Counted from the first letter of the stretch, positions 39,701-52,659 are shown. The stretch: DNA of 64,000 bases from Octopus vulgaris (GCA_951406725.2 OX597823.1:58404001-58468000), one strand, 5' to 3'. The notes: generated by a model not told the origin, from the letters alone. Made by a program: numbers and translations.

Positions 39701-40131
39701 GAAAAATAAATAAAAAAAAAGTTAAGTCGCTTTATACACCTTTGAAGAGCCAAAAATTCCATGTGCAATGCCCCAAAATTTGGAAAGATAGTGATGATAT
39801 TTGAATGATTTCACCATATATTTACACAATATATACGTGATTTGAAGGGAGATAATCGAAGAACGTAACATTGTAATATTTGTATGCTGGAAAATATGGT
39901 AAATAAATTTGGTGACATTCATATTCTTCTACTTGCTATTTTACTCATTATACAAAAAAAAAGTCAGTGAAACCAGGAACAAATTTAGAATACATTCTTC
40001 ATTAAGAATAAAGATAACAGTAAAGAAACACAAGAAAACATTAGTTCCAGCATTTAGAGTAGAAGAAAGAAAACAAAAGAGAAAACCAACTATAATAGTA
40101 AAAGTAAATCACATTCGATTCTATGGTGTGT

Positions 40132-40545
40132 AAGGCAGCGAGCTGGCAGAATCGTTAGCGCGCCGGGTAAAATTCCTAGCTGCTATGTTCTGAGTTCAAA
40201 TTCCGCCGGGGTCGACTTTGCCTTTCATCCTTTTGGGGTCGGTATATTAAGTACCAGCGAAACGCTGAAGTCGATGTAGTCGACTCGGCACCTCCCCTAA
40301 ATTTCAGGCCTTGTGCCTATTGTAGAAAGGATTATATATATGATGTGAACGCGGCGTGCTGGCGGAATCGTTAGCACGCTTGGCAAAATGCTTAGCGACA
40401 TTTTGTCCATCCTTGCGTTCTGATTTCAAATTCCGCCGAGGTCGACTTTGCCTTTCATCCTTTCACGGTCGATAAAATAAGTACCAGTTGAGTACTGAGG
40501 GTCGATGTAATCAACTAGTCCCATTCCCCAAAATTGCAGAAAGTA
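40132..40545 (+). mobile_element. Two tandem SINE family A copies
   Basis: Heads at ~40132 and ~40350, each with a B-box and core. Confidence 0.85.
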
Positions 40546-40605
40546 TTATATATATGGTATACATGGGTGTATAATATATGTAAATATGCGTGTCTATGTA
40601 TATAT

Positions 40606-40890
40606 TTATTACCTCCGCCAAGGAAGAAGGTTATGTTTTCATCGGCGTTGGTTTGTCCGTCTGTGTGCAAAATAACTCAAAAAGTTGTGAACAGTATTTG
40701 ATGAAACTTGCAGGAAACGTTGGTAACGACACATGGAACAGATGATGAAATTTCGGTAGTGATCCGGGATGCGTGATCTTATGGATGCTTGAAGGATTTT
40801 TCATTTGTTATATTTACTTTACATGAAGTATTAATGTTACGTTCTTTGATTATCTCCCTTGAAAACACGTTTATTGTTTCCACGTAACCT
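40606..40890 (+). mobile_element. Helentron/DINE-1-like non-autonomous element, 5' part
   Basis: 'ttattacctccgccaagga..aggttatgttttc...gtttgtccgtctgt...aataactcaaaaagtt...ttgatgaaactt' has the layout I recall for HINE/DINE-1-type elements. Confidence 0.6.
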
Positions 40891-40920
40891 ATGGTAGACG
40901 GAAACTGAAAGAAGCCTGTC

Positions 40921-40952
<32 letters not shown>

Positions 40953-41275
40953 GTGTGTGTGTGCATTTGTGTGTCTGTGTTTGTCCTGCCAACATCGCTT
41001 GACAACCAATGCTGGTGTGTTTACGTTCCCGTAACTTAGCAGTTCAGCAAAAGATACCGATAGAATACGACTAAAGGCGGTGCTCCAGCATGGCCGCAGT
41101 CAAATAACTGAAACAAGTAAAAGAGTAAAGAGTATACACCAGTGCTCATTTGTTTGACTAAACCTTTCAAGGCAGTGCCCCAGCATGGCTGCAGTTCAAT
41201 GATTGAATCAAGTCAAAGATAAACAATAAGATTTTCTTTATTTTGTATTTCTTTCATTTTTAACGATTCTTATTT

Positions 41276-41310
<35 letters not shown>

Positions 41311-41907
41311 CATAAAATTCCATTTCAACAGTAAAAACATCATTTATTGTTTACAGAGAATCAACTTCAGTTGTGTTCCTGTTTAACTCTTCAGAAGACA
41401 CTTTAAATTACGTTTTACAATAGAGTCTCAGTTGATGCAATTAGAAGAAGAGAATAACGATATTTTGATTTACAGCATTTCAGAATTGGCCAAGTTGCAT
41501 TATAAACTCACACAATCTTCAGATTAACCTGTTAAAATGTCACAAATGGAGGTGTCTCTCGACATGCTCAGTCTATATTGAATTAGATGCGATCAATATT
41601 TTATTTATATGCCTGTGCTGAATTTTGAAACAGGAGAGATAAGGTGTTGATGAATTTAATTATGAATTAACTATTAAGATTTTTTTAACAATTTAAGTAT
41701 ATTAGAGATAACGAGCACAAATTCAAAACAGAAAACAAAACAAGCTCGACACAAAGAATTTAAACAATACATTTATTGCTTGCCTGGAAACAAATTATAT
41801 CAGTTGATCAGTTGCTATTTAACCCTTGGTCAATCAACACTATGACAAAGACATTTTAACCATTACCATTCCATCTTTGTATATTTTCCAGATTACTATC
41901 TACAAGC

Positions 41908-42240
41908 GATTGAAGGCACATGGCTTAGTGGTTAGGGCATTCGGCTCGGCTCACAATTGTAAGGTCGTGAATTCGAGTCCCGGCAACGCTTTGTGTCCTT
42001 GAGCAAGACACTTTATTTTCACATTGCTCCAGTCCACTCAGCTGGCAAAAGTGAGTTGTACCTGTATTTCAAAGGGCTGGCCTTGTCACACTCTGTGTCA
42101 CACTGAATCTCCTTGCGAACTACATTAGAGTTACGCATGTCTGTGGATTGCTCTGTCACTTGCGCGTTAATTTCATGAGCAGGCTGTTCCGTTGATCGCA
42201 TCAGCTGGGACTCTCGTCATCATAACCGATGGAGCGCTCC
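41908..42240 (+). mobile_element. Modular SINE: H2 + M + T3
   Basis: TSD atctacaagc at 41898-41907 / 42241-42250. Confidence 0.88.
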
Positions 42241-42659
42241 ATCTACAAGCATCTCTTGCGTTGCATAGGCATTGCATTTCAGAAAGTCTTGCCATAAGCT
42301 GCCTCCTACTCCCTTCCACTCTCCCTCACTCACATACTTACCGGCACACAGTATGTCCCTGTTGAATCCCTTCTCCGTGACATATCCTCCTAAGCACCCC
42401 TCCCTCTACCAGTGCCCATTCATTACATCCCTCCACTTCTAGCTTCACCTTTCGAAACTTTGTGAACTCACTCTCTCTGATTTCCTGATCTACTTCCCTA
42501 TACACACTTTCTTGTAATCTGGATGTATGGTCACTGCCCTCTCCCTATCACATCTTCAGCATCTTTCTCTCCCTCTCTCTCTCTCTCTTTCTCTCTCTCT
42601 CCATCTGAGGTAGCTATGTTTCTCTTTTAATAAACCTTTTCTGTCACTGAATACTACTG

Positions 42660-42905
42660 CCACCCAGTGGAAGGGTCTTGTCCTGAAATCTGCTTGGTAA
42701 CCTCACTGCTGCTGGTGCCACATAGAAAGCACCCAGTACACTCTGTAAAATTGTCGGCATTATGAAGGGCATCCAACTATAGAAACCTTGCAAAAAACAG
42801 AACCTGGTGCAGTTCTTTAGCTTGCCAGCTCCTTCTAAACTCTCCAACTCATACCAGCATGTAAAAAGAAACATTAGATGATGATGATGATGATGATGAT
42901 AATGA
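42660..42905 (+). mobile_element. Short retroposon family E with a (GAT)n tail
   Basis: 'gctggtgccacatagaaagcacccagtacactctgtaaa...gaagggcatcca...ccagcatg...gatgatgat'. Other copies at 46490-46720 (+) and 52660-52985 (-). Confidence 0.75.
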
Positions 42906-43384
42906 TTAAGTTGGCCTGCTTGGGTGGTAGTCTTAATCCATTGTCCAGTCTAACACCACCGCTGCTTGGTGCAGTCTTCTGATTTTCCAATTTCTTTCAA
43001 GTCATCCAGCACATGCCGGTATGGAAAAACAGGAGTGGCTGTGTACAGGTGTAGCTGTGTGGTTAGAAGTTTGCTTCCCAACTACATGGCTCTGGGTTCA
43101 GCTCCGCAGTGTGACACCTTGGGCAAGTGTCTTCTACTACAGCCTCAGGCCAACCAAAGCCTTGTAAGTGTAGCCGGAAACTGAAAGAAGCCCATCGTAT
43201 ATATTTATATATATATGATAAAGTAGTTGTATACCGTCAACTTAATGTGACAGTCCCATGAAGGGAATAATACTACCACTATTTAGCCCTAGGAAACACC
43301 AACGCTTTCTGTCGGCCTTGACACATTTCCTGTGTCCTTATGTTTACAAAGGGGAGATAAGCACCTCCACCCTGCTAAGCCTGC

Positions 43385-43429
43385 ATCCAGAGACTAGTTT
43401 CTGAGTCTTTGCTCGTCATCAGTCTGGAT
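43385..43429 (-). ncRNA. Minimal type I hammerhead ribozyme motif (second, unrelated family)
   Basis: Minus strand: atccaga-CTGATGA-cgag-caaaga-ctca-GAAA-ctag-TC-tctggat. Perfect 7-bp stem I, 3-bp stem II, palindromic actagt, GUC cleavage triplet. Confidence 0.72.
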
Positions 43430-43711
43430 CTTATGATCATGTGCTGAATACCCTAACCATGAAGCCATGTGCCTGTCTTTCATCTTCAGTCATTTCACTG
43501 CGGCCATGCTGGGGTTTTGTTGTGTAGAATTTTCATTTGAATGAATTGACCCCAATACTTATTTTCTGAAAAAAAAAAACTTGGTACTTATCAATTGGTT
43601 CCTTTTGCCCAACTGCTAAATTACAGAGATGTAAACACACCATCACCGGTTGTCAAGCAATGGTGGGCTGGACAAACACAGACACAAAGAAATAAAAGCA
43701 TACACACACAC

Positions 43712-43749
<38 letters not shown>

Positions 43750-43928
43750 TGGTAGATGGAAACTGAAAGAGATCTGTTATATATATATATATATCAGAGC
43801 TGAGTGAACTGGAGCAAAGTGAAATAAAGTGTCTTGCTCAAGAACACAACATGCAGCCCGGTTCGGGATTAAAACACACAACCTTACGATCATAAGCTTG
43901 ATGCTCTAACCACTGAGCCATGTGCCTA

Positions 43929-43998
<70 letters not shown>

Positions 43999-44138
43999 TT
44001 ATGTATGTATGTATGTATACACACACATACACACATATATACACAAGTAGGACTGAACTCAGAACCATGTGGTTGGGAAGCAAACTTCTTACCACTCAGC
44101 CACTCCTGCACCTACATATAGTAACACACACACATGCC

Positions 44139-44169
<31 letters not shown>

Positions 44170-44757
44170 ACAGACGCATGTTAATATCCTTTGGGTCAGG
44201 AGGGAAAACATTGCCATTAAGATTTCCAAATGGTTCCATTGTCCACTTTACTGTTAAAATTACTGTTATAAAAATGGTCTTTTACTCATATTCTTTACCG
44301 TTCCATTCACCTAAAGATGGCACATTTCACAGAAACAACTAATAAAAATGTCAAAAAAAAAATGTACATATATAAAAGAAAAGTGACTAAAAAGAAAAAG
44401 TGGAAACACTGACTTCATACAATCATAAACTGTTTTGGTACTGGGTCAGACAATTAAATTAAAAAACATTTGTAACCACTGATGAACAAAATAGAAGAAA
44501 AATAAGAAAATGATTTCTTATTATATTTACTGTCTCAATTATGATATTTCTTCCCAAAAGTTTCATAGAAGAAAAATAAGTTCTTGTTTCAGTTTCACCA
44601 TTTTGTATATCAATGATAATTACTTGGCAGTGAAGGAGATGAAGATGAAGATGAAGATGATATTAACAGCCGAAAACAACCCAAAGAACTTTCTGATGGC
44701 TTCTAACTTAATTTGTCGTCTCATAAAATAAAACAAAAAAATATTATATATATATAC

Positions 44758-44788
<31 letters not shown>

Positions 44789-44830
44789 AGTATATGTATG
44801 TATATATATATGTATGTATATATGTGTGTA

Positions 44831-44881
<51 letters not shown>

Positions 44882-45369
44882 ATATATATATATGCCACAA
44901 AAAAAAAGGCAAAATAAAGAACTGCTAAAAAAAATATATAGATATATAACCTCCTGTCTCTCTCACTTTCTCTACTGCCACAAATTCTTTGAAATAATAT
45001 AAAACTTTCTAAAGTACACTTTAGAGTGTTCAATTTGGCAAATTTCTTTATTCTCTCAAAAGTTGCGAAATAGAAATATCATGGAAACATGATAAAGAAA
45101 TTGAAGAAAATGAAATAAATTTCAGAGACAATTTAGTTTTTAAGTGAAAAATGAATAAATAAATAAATAGTGTATTTCTTCAGCTAAAAATATAGAACCA
45201 TTTTGGTTCTGAGAGATTTTTCTTCTTTTTTTTCTTTTAATTTATTTCTTTTCTTTTCCAAATTCTGCCAAAGAGTTGTTTTTTTGGTAATGTAGTCACA
45301 AAGTTCAAGTGAAATTCCCTAACAAGCCAAGGTGTGATGTAAGCCAAGTGTCACAAGCTGAGCAGGTTT

Positions 45370-45745
45370 TGTATGATAAGAAATATGCTTCCCAAACACA
45401 TGGTTCTGGGTTCAGTCCCACCATGTGACAGCTTGAGTAAGTGTCTTCTACTTATAGCCTTGGGCTGACCAAAGCCTCATGGGTAGATTTGGTAGATGGT
45501 AACAGCCAGAAGCCCATCGTATACATGTGTGTGTGTGTGGGGGGTGTTTGAATCTGTGTTTATCCACCACCTCTGCTTGACAACTGGTGTCGGTGTGTTT
45601 ACGTCCCTGTACTTAATGGTTTGGCATAAAACTTATAGAATAAGTATGAGGCTTTAAGAAAAAAATAAGTACAGGGGTCAATTCATTTGACTCAAAATTC
45701 TTCAAGGCAGTACCCCAACATGGCCACAGTCTAATGACAAGATAA
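45370..45745 (+). mobile_element. SINE family B, diverged
   Basis: Consensus match. Confidence 0.8.
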
Positions 45746-45927
45746 AAGATGTCATCCTCAAAGGACAGAAGCTGGTAGAAACAAGGACACTTCACCTATT
45801 TTTGTAGTATAATTAGTAACAGGTTCATTAACAAACTGGACCACCAAATGAGCAAAGTCAAACCAACATTTGGTAAGTTGTGAGAATAAGTGTAGAGCAA
45901 TAGCGAAATTACAGTCCAAGAGAATTT

Positions 45928-46520
45928 CTCACATAAAAGCACCCATGCTGGTACAACATAATAAGAACCCATGTTGGTGCCATGTAAAATGCCACTGTGC
46001 CGGTGCCACATAAAAACTATCCATGCTGGTGTCACAGATAACGCACCCATACAAGTGCCATGTAAAAAGCACCTGTGCTATTATCACACAAAAAGCACCT
46101 GTGAAAAGCCACCATGTGAAAAACCCCAATGTGAAAAGCCCCCATGTGAAAAATCCCCATGTGAAAAACCCCCATGTGAAAAGCCCCCATGCTGGTACCA
46201 CATAAAAATCATCTGTGAAAAGCCCCTGTATGAAAAGCCTTCATGTGAAAAGCTCCCATGTGAAAAGCCCCCATGTGAAAAGTCCCCGTGTGAAAAGCCC
46301 CCATGTGAAAAGCCCCCATGCTAGTACCACATAAAAAGCACCTGTGCTGGGGCTATATAAAAAGCACCATACTGGTACCATGTAAAGAGCATCTGTACTG
46401 ATGCTGTGTGAAAAACCATCATGTTGGTTCGATATAAAAAGCACCCATGGTGGGACCATGTGAAAGGCATCCATATTGGTACCATGTAAAAAGCATCTAT
46501 GCTGGTGCCATGTAACAAAG
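45928..46520 (+). repeat. Minisatellite: 15-bp CCATGTGAAAAGCCC core (46098-46325) within ~26-bp 'gctggtgccatgtaaaaagcaccc' units
   Basis: Direct reading; further units at 46838-46938. Confidence 0.9.
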
Positions 46521-46639
46521 CAATCAGTACACTCTGTAATATGGTTGGCCTTAGGAAGGGCATCCAGCTTGCCAGGTATTTCCAAACTGTCTAACCCATT
46601 CCAGCTTGAAAAAAAGGGGGCATTAAATGATGAAGATGG

Positions 46640-46671
<32 letters not shown>

Positions 46672-47451
46672 TTGACGATGCTGATGATGAACTTGACGAT
46701 GATGATGGTGATGATGATGAAGTTGGCCTGCTTGGGTAGTAGTCTTAACCCATTGCTCAGTTTAGCACCACCAATACCTGTCTTTCGCGTTTATCCTGGA
46801 GTGACTTCAAACTGAATCTAGTATCGAGAACAAAGTGCTGGTGCCACAGAAAAAGCACCCATACAGGTGCCATGTAAAAAGCACCTGAGCTGTTACCACA
46901 TAAAAGGACCTGTGAAAAGCCCCCATGTGAAAAGCCTGTAAACTTCTGAACCAGGGTTCAGAAGTTCCAGGATTTTAAAGTGCGTAGAGCCACCACTTAG
47001 CAACTTAAAGTTTGCAGGTCTAATCTGACCCAGAGTAGAAGCAGTTGTCAGGGTCCCAGTTATAAGTTAATTAGCACATTAGGGCCTGCCTACCTATGCT
47101 TTTGAAGACTGGATCTAACAAACTCTGATGGAAGAAACCTTCATGGTTTAATGGAGTTAAAGGTGTTTGCAGCAATGCATTGTGGAATGCAGAGAGCAAA
47201 ATTAGGCATGTAAGAGATGTTGGTCATTCACTGCATCCATCTCTATCCCAAGTTGTTTTGATCTGACCTTACCACTGGACTGAAGATGATCATGGATGAG
47301 AATGAGTGTGACAGCACACAAATCTTCTTCTCTTTAAACAAAATCATCTGTCATCTTTATTCATGGACACAACCCTACCGCAAGCATTTAGGCCACATCT
47401 TCAGATTGAGAATACCTTTCTTTTACTCTCCCACCAATCTAGGAGGCCATG

Positions 47452-47499
47452 TACAAGGTGGTATCAAAATGTTCCTGGACGTTTTGACACCACCTTGTA
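47452..47499. mobile_element. 48-bp palindrome made of two mariner TIR ends
   Basis: tacaaggtggtatcaaaatgt...acgttttgacaccaccttgta; matches the TIR at 48732-48761. Confidence 0.7.
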
Positions 47500-47518
47500 T
47501 AAAAAAAAGAATCCTGAG

Positions 47519-47847
47519 ACCCCCTTCAGTCATGACTGACCGTGGGATTGCACCGAGAAATTTACCCTCCCAGGCACGTCCAGGCAAGGTTGTTTATGGA
47601 AGACCAGCAGTTGTCCATGCATACCGGCCTCCCCTTCCCATGCTACCAGTGTTATCCAAGGAAAAGGCAACAGCTGATACAGCTTAGCACCTGTGACATC
47701 ACAACTCATTTCTACAGCTGAGTGAACTGGAGCAATGTGAAATAAAGTGGCTTGCTCAAGAACACAACATGCAGCTCAGTCAGGGATTCAAGCTCACAAC
47801 CTCATGATCATAAACTCAATGTTCTAACCACTGAGCTATGCACCTTC
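47519..47847 (-). mobile_element. Modular SINE: H2 + T1
   Basis: Homologous to 20919-21255 and 59795-60127. Confidence 0.87.
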
Positions 47848-47867
47848 ACCACGTATAGTAGAAAATA

Positions 47868-48761
47868 AACTTTTTGATACCACCTCATATAATAAAGATA
47901 CCATGTATAATAAAGAATAAATTTCTTTACAAAATTTTTAACATCATCTCCTTTGAAATAGTCACCTCACACAGCAATACACCATTCCCAGCATTCCTGC
48001 CACTTTTGGAATCCAGCCTGGAAGTCATTTTCTGTGATACGAGGACCTCCTGTGGTTTACTCTAGATCTCAACAATGAGATTAAAATAGTGACCTTTGAG
48101 CTGCATTTTCATCTTGAGGAAGAGATGGGAGTCTGCAGCTGCATGGGTGTGGAAGGGATACCATGTTGTTTTTGGCAAGAAACTCACGAGTGAGGAGTAT
48201 TTGGAGAAAGGGTGCATAGTTGCCATGAAGAATCCATTTCTTCAAGTTCCACAGATCCAGTCACTTTTGCTAAACATCTACCCTCAAATACTTCAAAACA
48301 TCATTGATTGTCCGCTGGTGGTCCTCATGAAGAGGCTGATGAATTTTCTTCACATTTCCAGGGGTGATGCTCATGGCAAGTCTTCCTGATCTCTCATTAC
48401 CTTCCAGGGGGACATTCTTCTGCTTTTGAAGCACCCCCTTTGCCTATGGCCCATTGCCTCATCACCATAAGCTAATGGAAGCATGCTCAATGTCTCTGTG
48501 GCAGACTTCCCAAGATTAACACAAAATTTCACATTGGCTTTTTGTTCCAACATCATGTTCATAACAAAATTCGCAGTCTACAGCATACACATGATCACAA
48601 AAAAAAATTTATTTCACAACTTGTGAAGTAAACACAGCAATCTCACTCAGCATTCAACCACATGAAGGTCACTGCTAGCTCTCACTGCACACACAACTGT
48701 GTACTGCCATCTGTTGGTGCACTGCAGAACTAGTCTGGTAACTTCTTGATACCACCTCATA
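47868..48761 (-). mobile_element. Mariner-family transposon relic (internally deleted)
   Basis: N-terminus EQKANVKFCVNLGKSATETLSML..AYGDEAM and C-terminus FQKWQECWEWCIAV.GDYFKGD. TIR plus TA at 48732-48761. Confidence 0.85.
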
Positions 48762-48859
48762 AAAGAGCATGGGTACTGCCTTCCCTCATGACCAAAAAGT
48801 ACAAAAATAGAAAGCATAGCATTAGCACCCTTTTATATGAATAAGTGGTTTGCATATTT

Positions 48860-49225
48860 TATCTTTTACTTGTTTCAGTTATTGGACTACAGTCATGGTG
48901 GGGCACCACTTTCAAGGGTTTCAAGCCTGACTCTTATTTTGTTATTCTCTAACGTCAAACTGCTAAGTTCTGTGGATATAAACAAACCTACACATATTGT
49001 CAACTGGTGGTAGGGAACAAAACCAAATACAAAGACACACAACACACACACACAATACATACAATGGGCTTCTTTCAGTTTCCATCTACCAAAACCATTC
49101 ACATGGCATCTGGTTGGCCTAGGGCTAGAGTAGAAGTTATTTGCCCAAAGTGCTACATAGTGGGACTGAACCCTTAAACATGTGATTGAAAAAGAAGCTT
49201 CTCGCCACAGAGCCACAACTGTGCC
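48860..49225 (-). mobile_element. SINE family B, old and diverged
   Basis: Tail, 'ttctttcagtttccatctacca' and head are recognisable. Confidence 0.7.
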
Positions 49226-49254
49226 TAGACTATATTTTGATGCAAATAAATGAA

Positions 49255-49490
49255 AAAACTGCATGAATTCTTGAAGACACACCTGAGACAGAATATGACC
49301 ATCACCTGGAAATATAGAATCAGGAACACTCTTGTATTAGAGAAAGCCAAGCTTCCTAGCATGGAAGAGATATTAGGACAGCATATCGATTGAGGCATTT
49401 CCAAAGAATAATGAAGATTCAATTATCAAGCAAATACCGTTTCACAAATGGTTAGTGGTACTATATTCTTGTACCCCAGTTGAGGAAATT
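49255..49490 (+). mobile_element. RTE/BovB-like LINE RT C-terminal fragment
   Basis: HLRQNMTITWKYRIRNTLVLEKAKLPSMEEIL resembles LR.IL.I.W.D.I.N..VL..A.LPS.E. Confidence 0.6.
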
Positions 49491-49639
49491 CTGACTGAGA
49501 TAAAAGATTAAAGGTTAAACACATGTGAACATTGATGCACACATAATAAATACTGTAACCCAGAATGGAAACCTGCAGAGGATAATGATCCACATTTGAC
49601 ACAAATGAACTTATACCAGCACGGAAAGGAGGACTTTAA

Positions 49640-49688
49640 ATGATGTTGACAATAACAACGGTGATGATGACAATGACAATGACAATGT

Positions 49689-49749
<61 letters not shown>

Positions 49750-49757
49750 AGTGTTGT

Positions 49758-49796
<39 letters not shown>

Positions 49797-49977
49797 CGAT
49801 GATGATGATGATGATGATGATTATGATGATGATGATGACGATGATGGTGATGATGATGATGACGATGATGGTGATGATGATGATGACAATGAGAGTGTTG
49901 ATGACAATGGTGATGATGAAGATGATGATGATGATGATGATGATAGTGGTGGTGATGACGATGGTGATGATGATAAA

Positions 49978-50010
<33 letters not shown>

Positions 50011-50036
50011 GGTGATGATGATGATGATGTGATGAA

Positions 50037-50090
<54 letters not shown>

Positions 50091-50445
50091 GGTGGTGGTG
50101 GTGGTGATGATGATGATGGTGATGAAGATGATAAAGATGATGATGATGATGGTGGTGGTGGTGGTGGTGATGATGATGATGGTGATGAAGATGATGATGA
50201 TGATGGTGGTGGTGATGATGATGGTGGTGGTGGTGACAATGATGGTGATGGTGACGATAATGACTCAACACTATACACATGGGTAGTCATCTTCACAGAC
50301 ACATATGATGTTGTTGCTGCTGTCAATGTCGATGATGCTGATTGAGGTCAGTGGTGATGGCAGTGAAGAAGACCATGTAATGATGTCAGTGGTAGTAAAA
50401 GTAATAGCAATCATCATGATGGTGGTGGTGGTGGTGGTGGTGGTG

Positions 50446-50536
<91 letters not shown>

Positions 50537-51540
50537 AAGAAGAAGCAGCAGTAGCAGCAACAGTAATAGTAGCAATAGCAGCAGTAGCAATAACAGCAGC
50601 AGCAGTAGTGGCAGTGGTAATAATTGTTAAATATTTGGTGGTGGTGATGTTTGCTGTGATGGTATCAATAAAACTACAGTTAATAATACTACTGTTGGTA
50701 CAGCTAGTGGTGGTGGTGGTGATAGTAGTGGTAGTGATAGTGATGCTTGTAGTGGTGGTAATAGCAGTTTTGGTGGTGGTAGTAGTGGTTGTGGTGCCAG
50801 TTATGATAACGATGGTTGGTAGTAATGTTGAGGGTTAGGTGCTTCTGGTAGTATTAGTGGTGGTGGTGGTGGTGGTGGTGGTGGTGGTGGTGGTGGTGGT
50901 GGTGATAATGATGATTGATAATAGTGTTGATGGTTAGGTAGTTGTCGTGGTGATGGTGGTGGTAACTGTGTGGTGATGATAACATTGATGCTAATGATGA
51001 AGGTGATGATGAACAAGGTGACAATGACAACAATAACAGATGATAACGATAATAATGATGATGATGACGATGATGATGATGATGATGATGACGATGATGA
51101 TGATGATGACCATGACGATGATGTTGATGGCAACAACAACAACAGTCATGATGACCATGATAATGATGACGATGACAAAGATGATGATGACCATGATGAT
51201 GATGATGATGTTGGTGATGATGACAACAACAATAATGATGATGACCATGATGATGATAATGATGATGATGATGATGATCATCATCATCATCATCATGACA
51301 GTTTCTATAAACTACACTCACTACAGAGGGCCTTTTCCAAACACATTCACCACTTACTCTCACCACCACCACCACCAAAATCACCACCCCGCTGCTGCCG
51401 CCGCCACCACTGTCGTCACCGTCACCAACACTGCCGCAACACTGCCGCGACCACCAAGACCACCACCACCACCACCATCATCATCATCACAACAACTGCC
51501 ACCACCAACACCATCACCCCCTCCCATCATAATTCCCCAC
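49640..51540. repeat. ~1.9-kb compound trinucleotide array (GAT/GGT/GTA/GCA, switching to CAT/CAC after ~51278)
   Basis: Direct reading. Confidence 0.95.
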
Positions 51541-52659
51541 TTACCCCCATGCCCTCATGCCACCACATTCATCCAAACATGACAGAGACGATGGAACATT
51601 TCATCTCATTTCATTTCAATTTCCTCTTAAATTATCTCCTGTGACCAACGATCAGTATGCTGTAATATTAAGACAAACATACGTAAAAACAGACTATAAG
51701 TTCGGTCATATTTCCTTCTAATGTCTGATACTTTTCAGATAATCCAACTTTCTATTGTTCCATGTTGGCATGGGTGAAGACAGTTCTGCTTGGACAATAA
51801 CTTTGGCACCTTACCAAACACACAGTGATGCTTTTGGAAATTATTACTTCTTCTATACATATTTAACCAGTCAATAACTATTTTTCATAGACATAAATCA
51901 AAAAATGTTACAAGGTTTATAGTCAAGATATTCCTTTTCTGAATGAATTCTTGGAATTGTTCTAATTTATCATTGCTTTCTTTCCTTCTTTCTTTCCATT
52001 TTTGGTATTTATTTGTAGTTAATGCCTATTTTGAGAGCATGGATGGTTGTAAAGTAGATAGGGTACTTAAATAGCCATCCAATATGTCAATGGTTCATCT
52101 CCTGTCTCCAGCTCTGTATTGTATTTGTGCCAAAGTCACTTAACTCTCAAATGGTCCATCCAATTTATTTGTTGCTGTTGTTCCTCTATCCCAGGTTAAC
52201 CTTTGTTTGAATAGACCTATGACCAAGAGCACTACGACCATGACAAACCCTTTTGTCTTTTTGCTTTTTTTCATGAGAGAGTATCCAGGATAGCCCTTCC
52301 TAACCTGCAATTCACAGATTTTTCTGAGGATCTACAAATACACCCAGGGGCTGAATTCAAAATTTGTTGAGTGATAGATCTTTCAGAATCCTGGGAATCC
52401 ATGAGAAAATTCATTTAAATGAAAGGGGTCTTTGATAGGGAGATGGTCAGGAACTATTATTAAATGCTGCCTTCCAATTTTGTAAAAATGGTATTGTGTG
52501 GTCTGAGAGATGTTTGGCTATCATTTCTTGCAGGTTAAGTGACCATACAGTGTAGCAGAGAGTAGGCACAATGTTGTCGTCATTGTTGTTGTTGTCGTCG
52601 TCATTGTTGTCGTCGTCATTGTCGTCATTGTCATTGTCGTCGTCATCATCATCGTCGTC

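Noticed and set aside
44581-44731. Acceptor-like ttcttgtttcag followed by an acidic EGDEDEDEDD frame
   Set aside because: The acidic frame has stops immediately upstream and derives from a short (GAAGAT)n repeat; no recognisable protein.
45928-46520. Repeat-spacer-like pattern as CRISPR
   Set aside because: Short degenerate tandem units without unique spacers, in a eukaryotic context.
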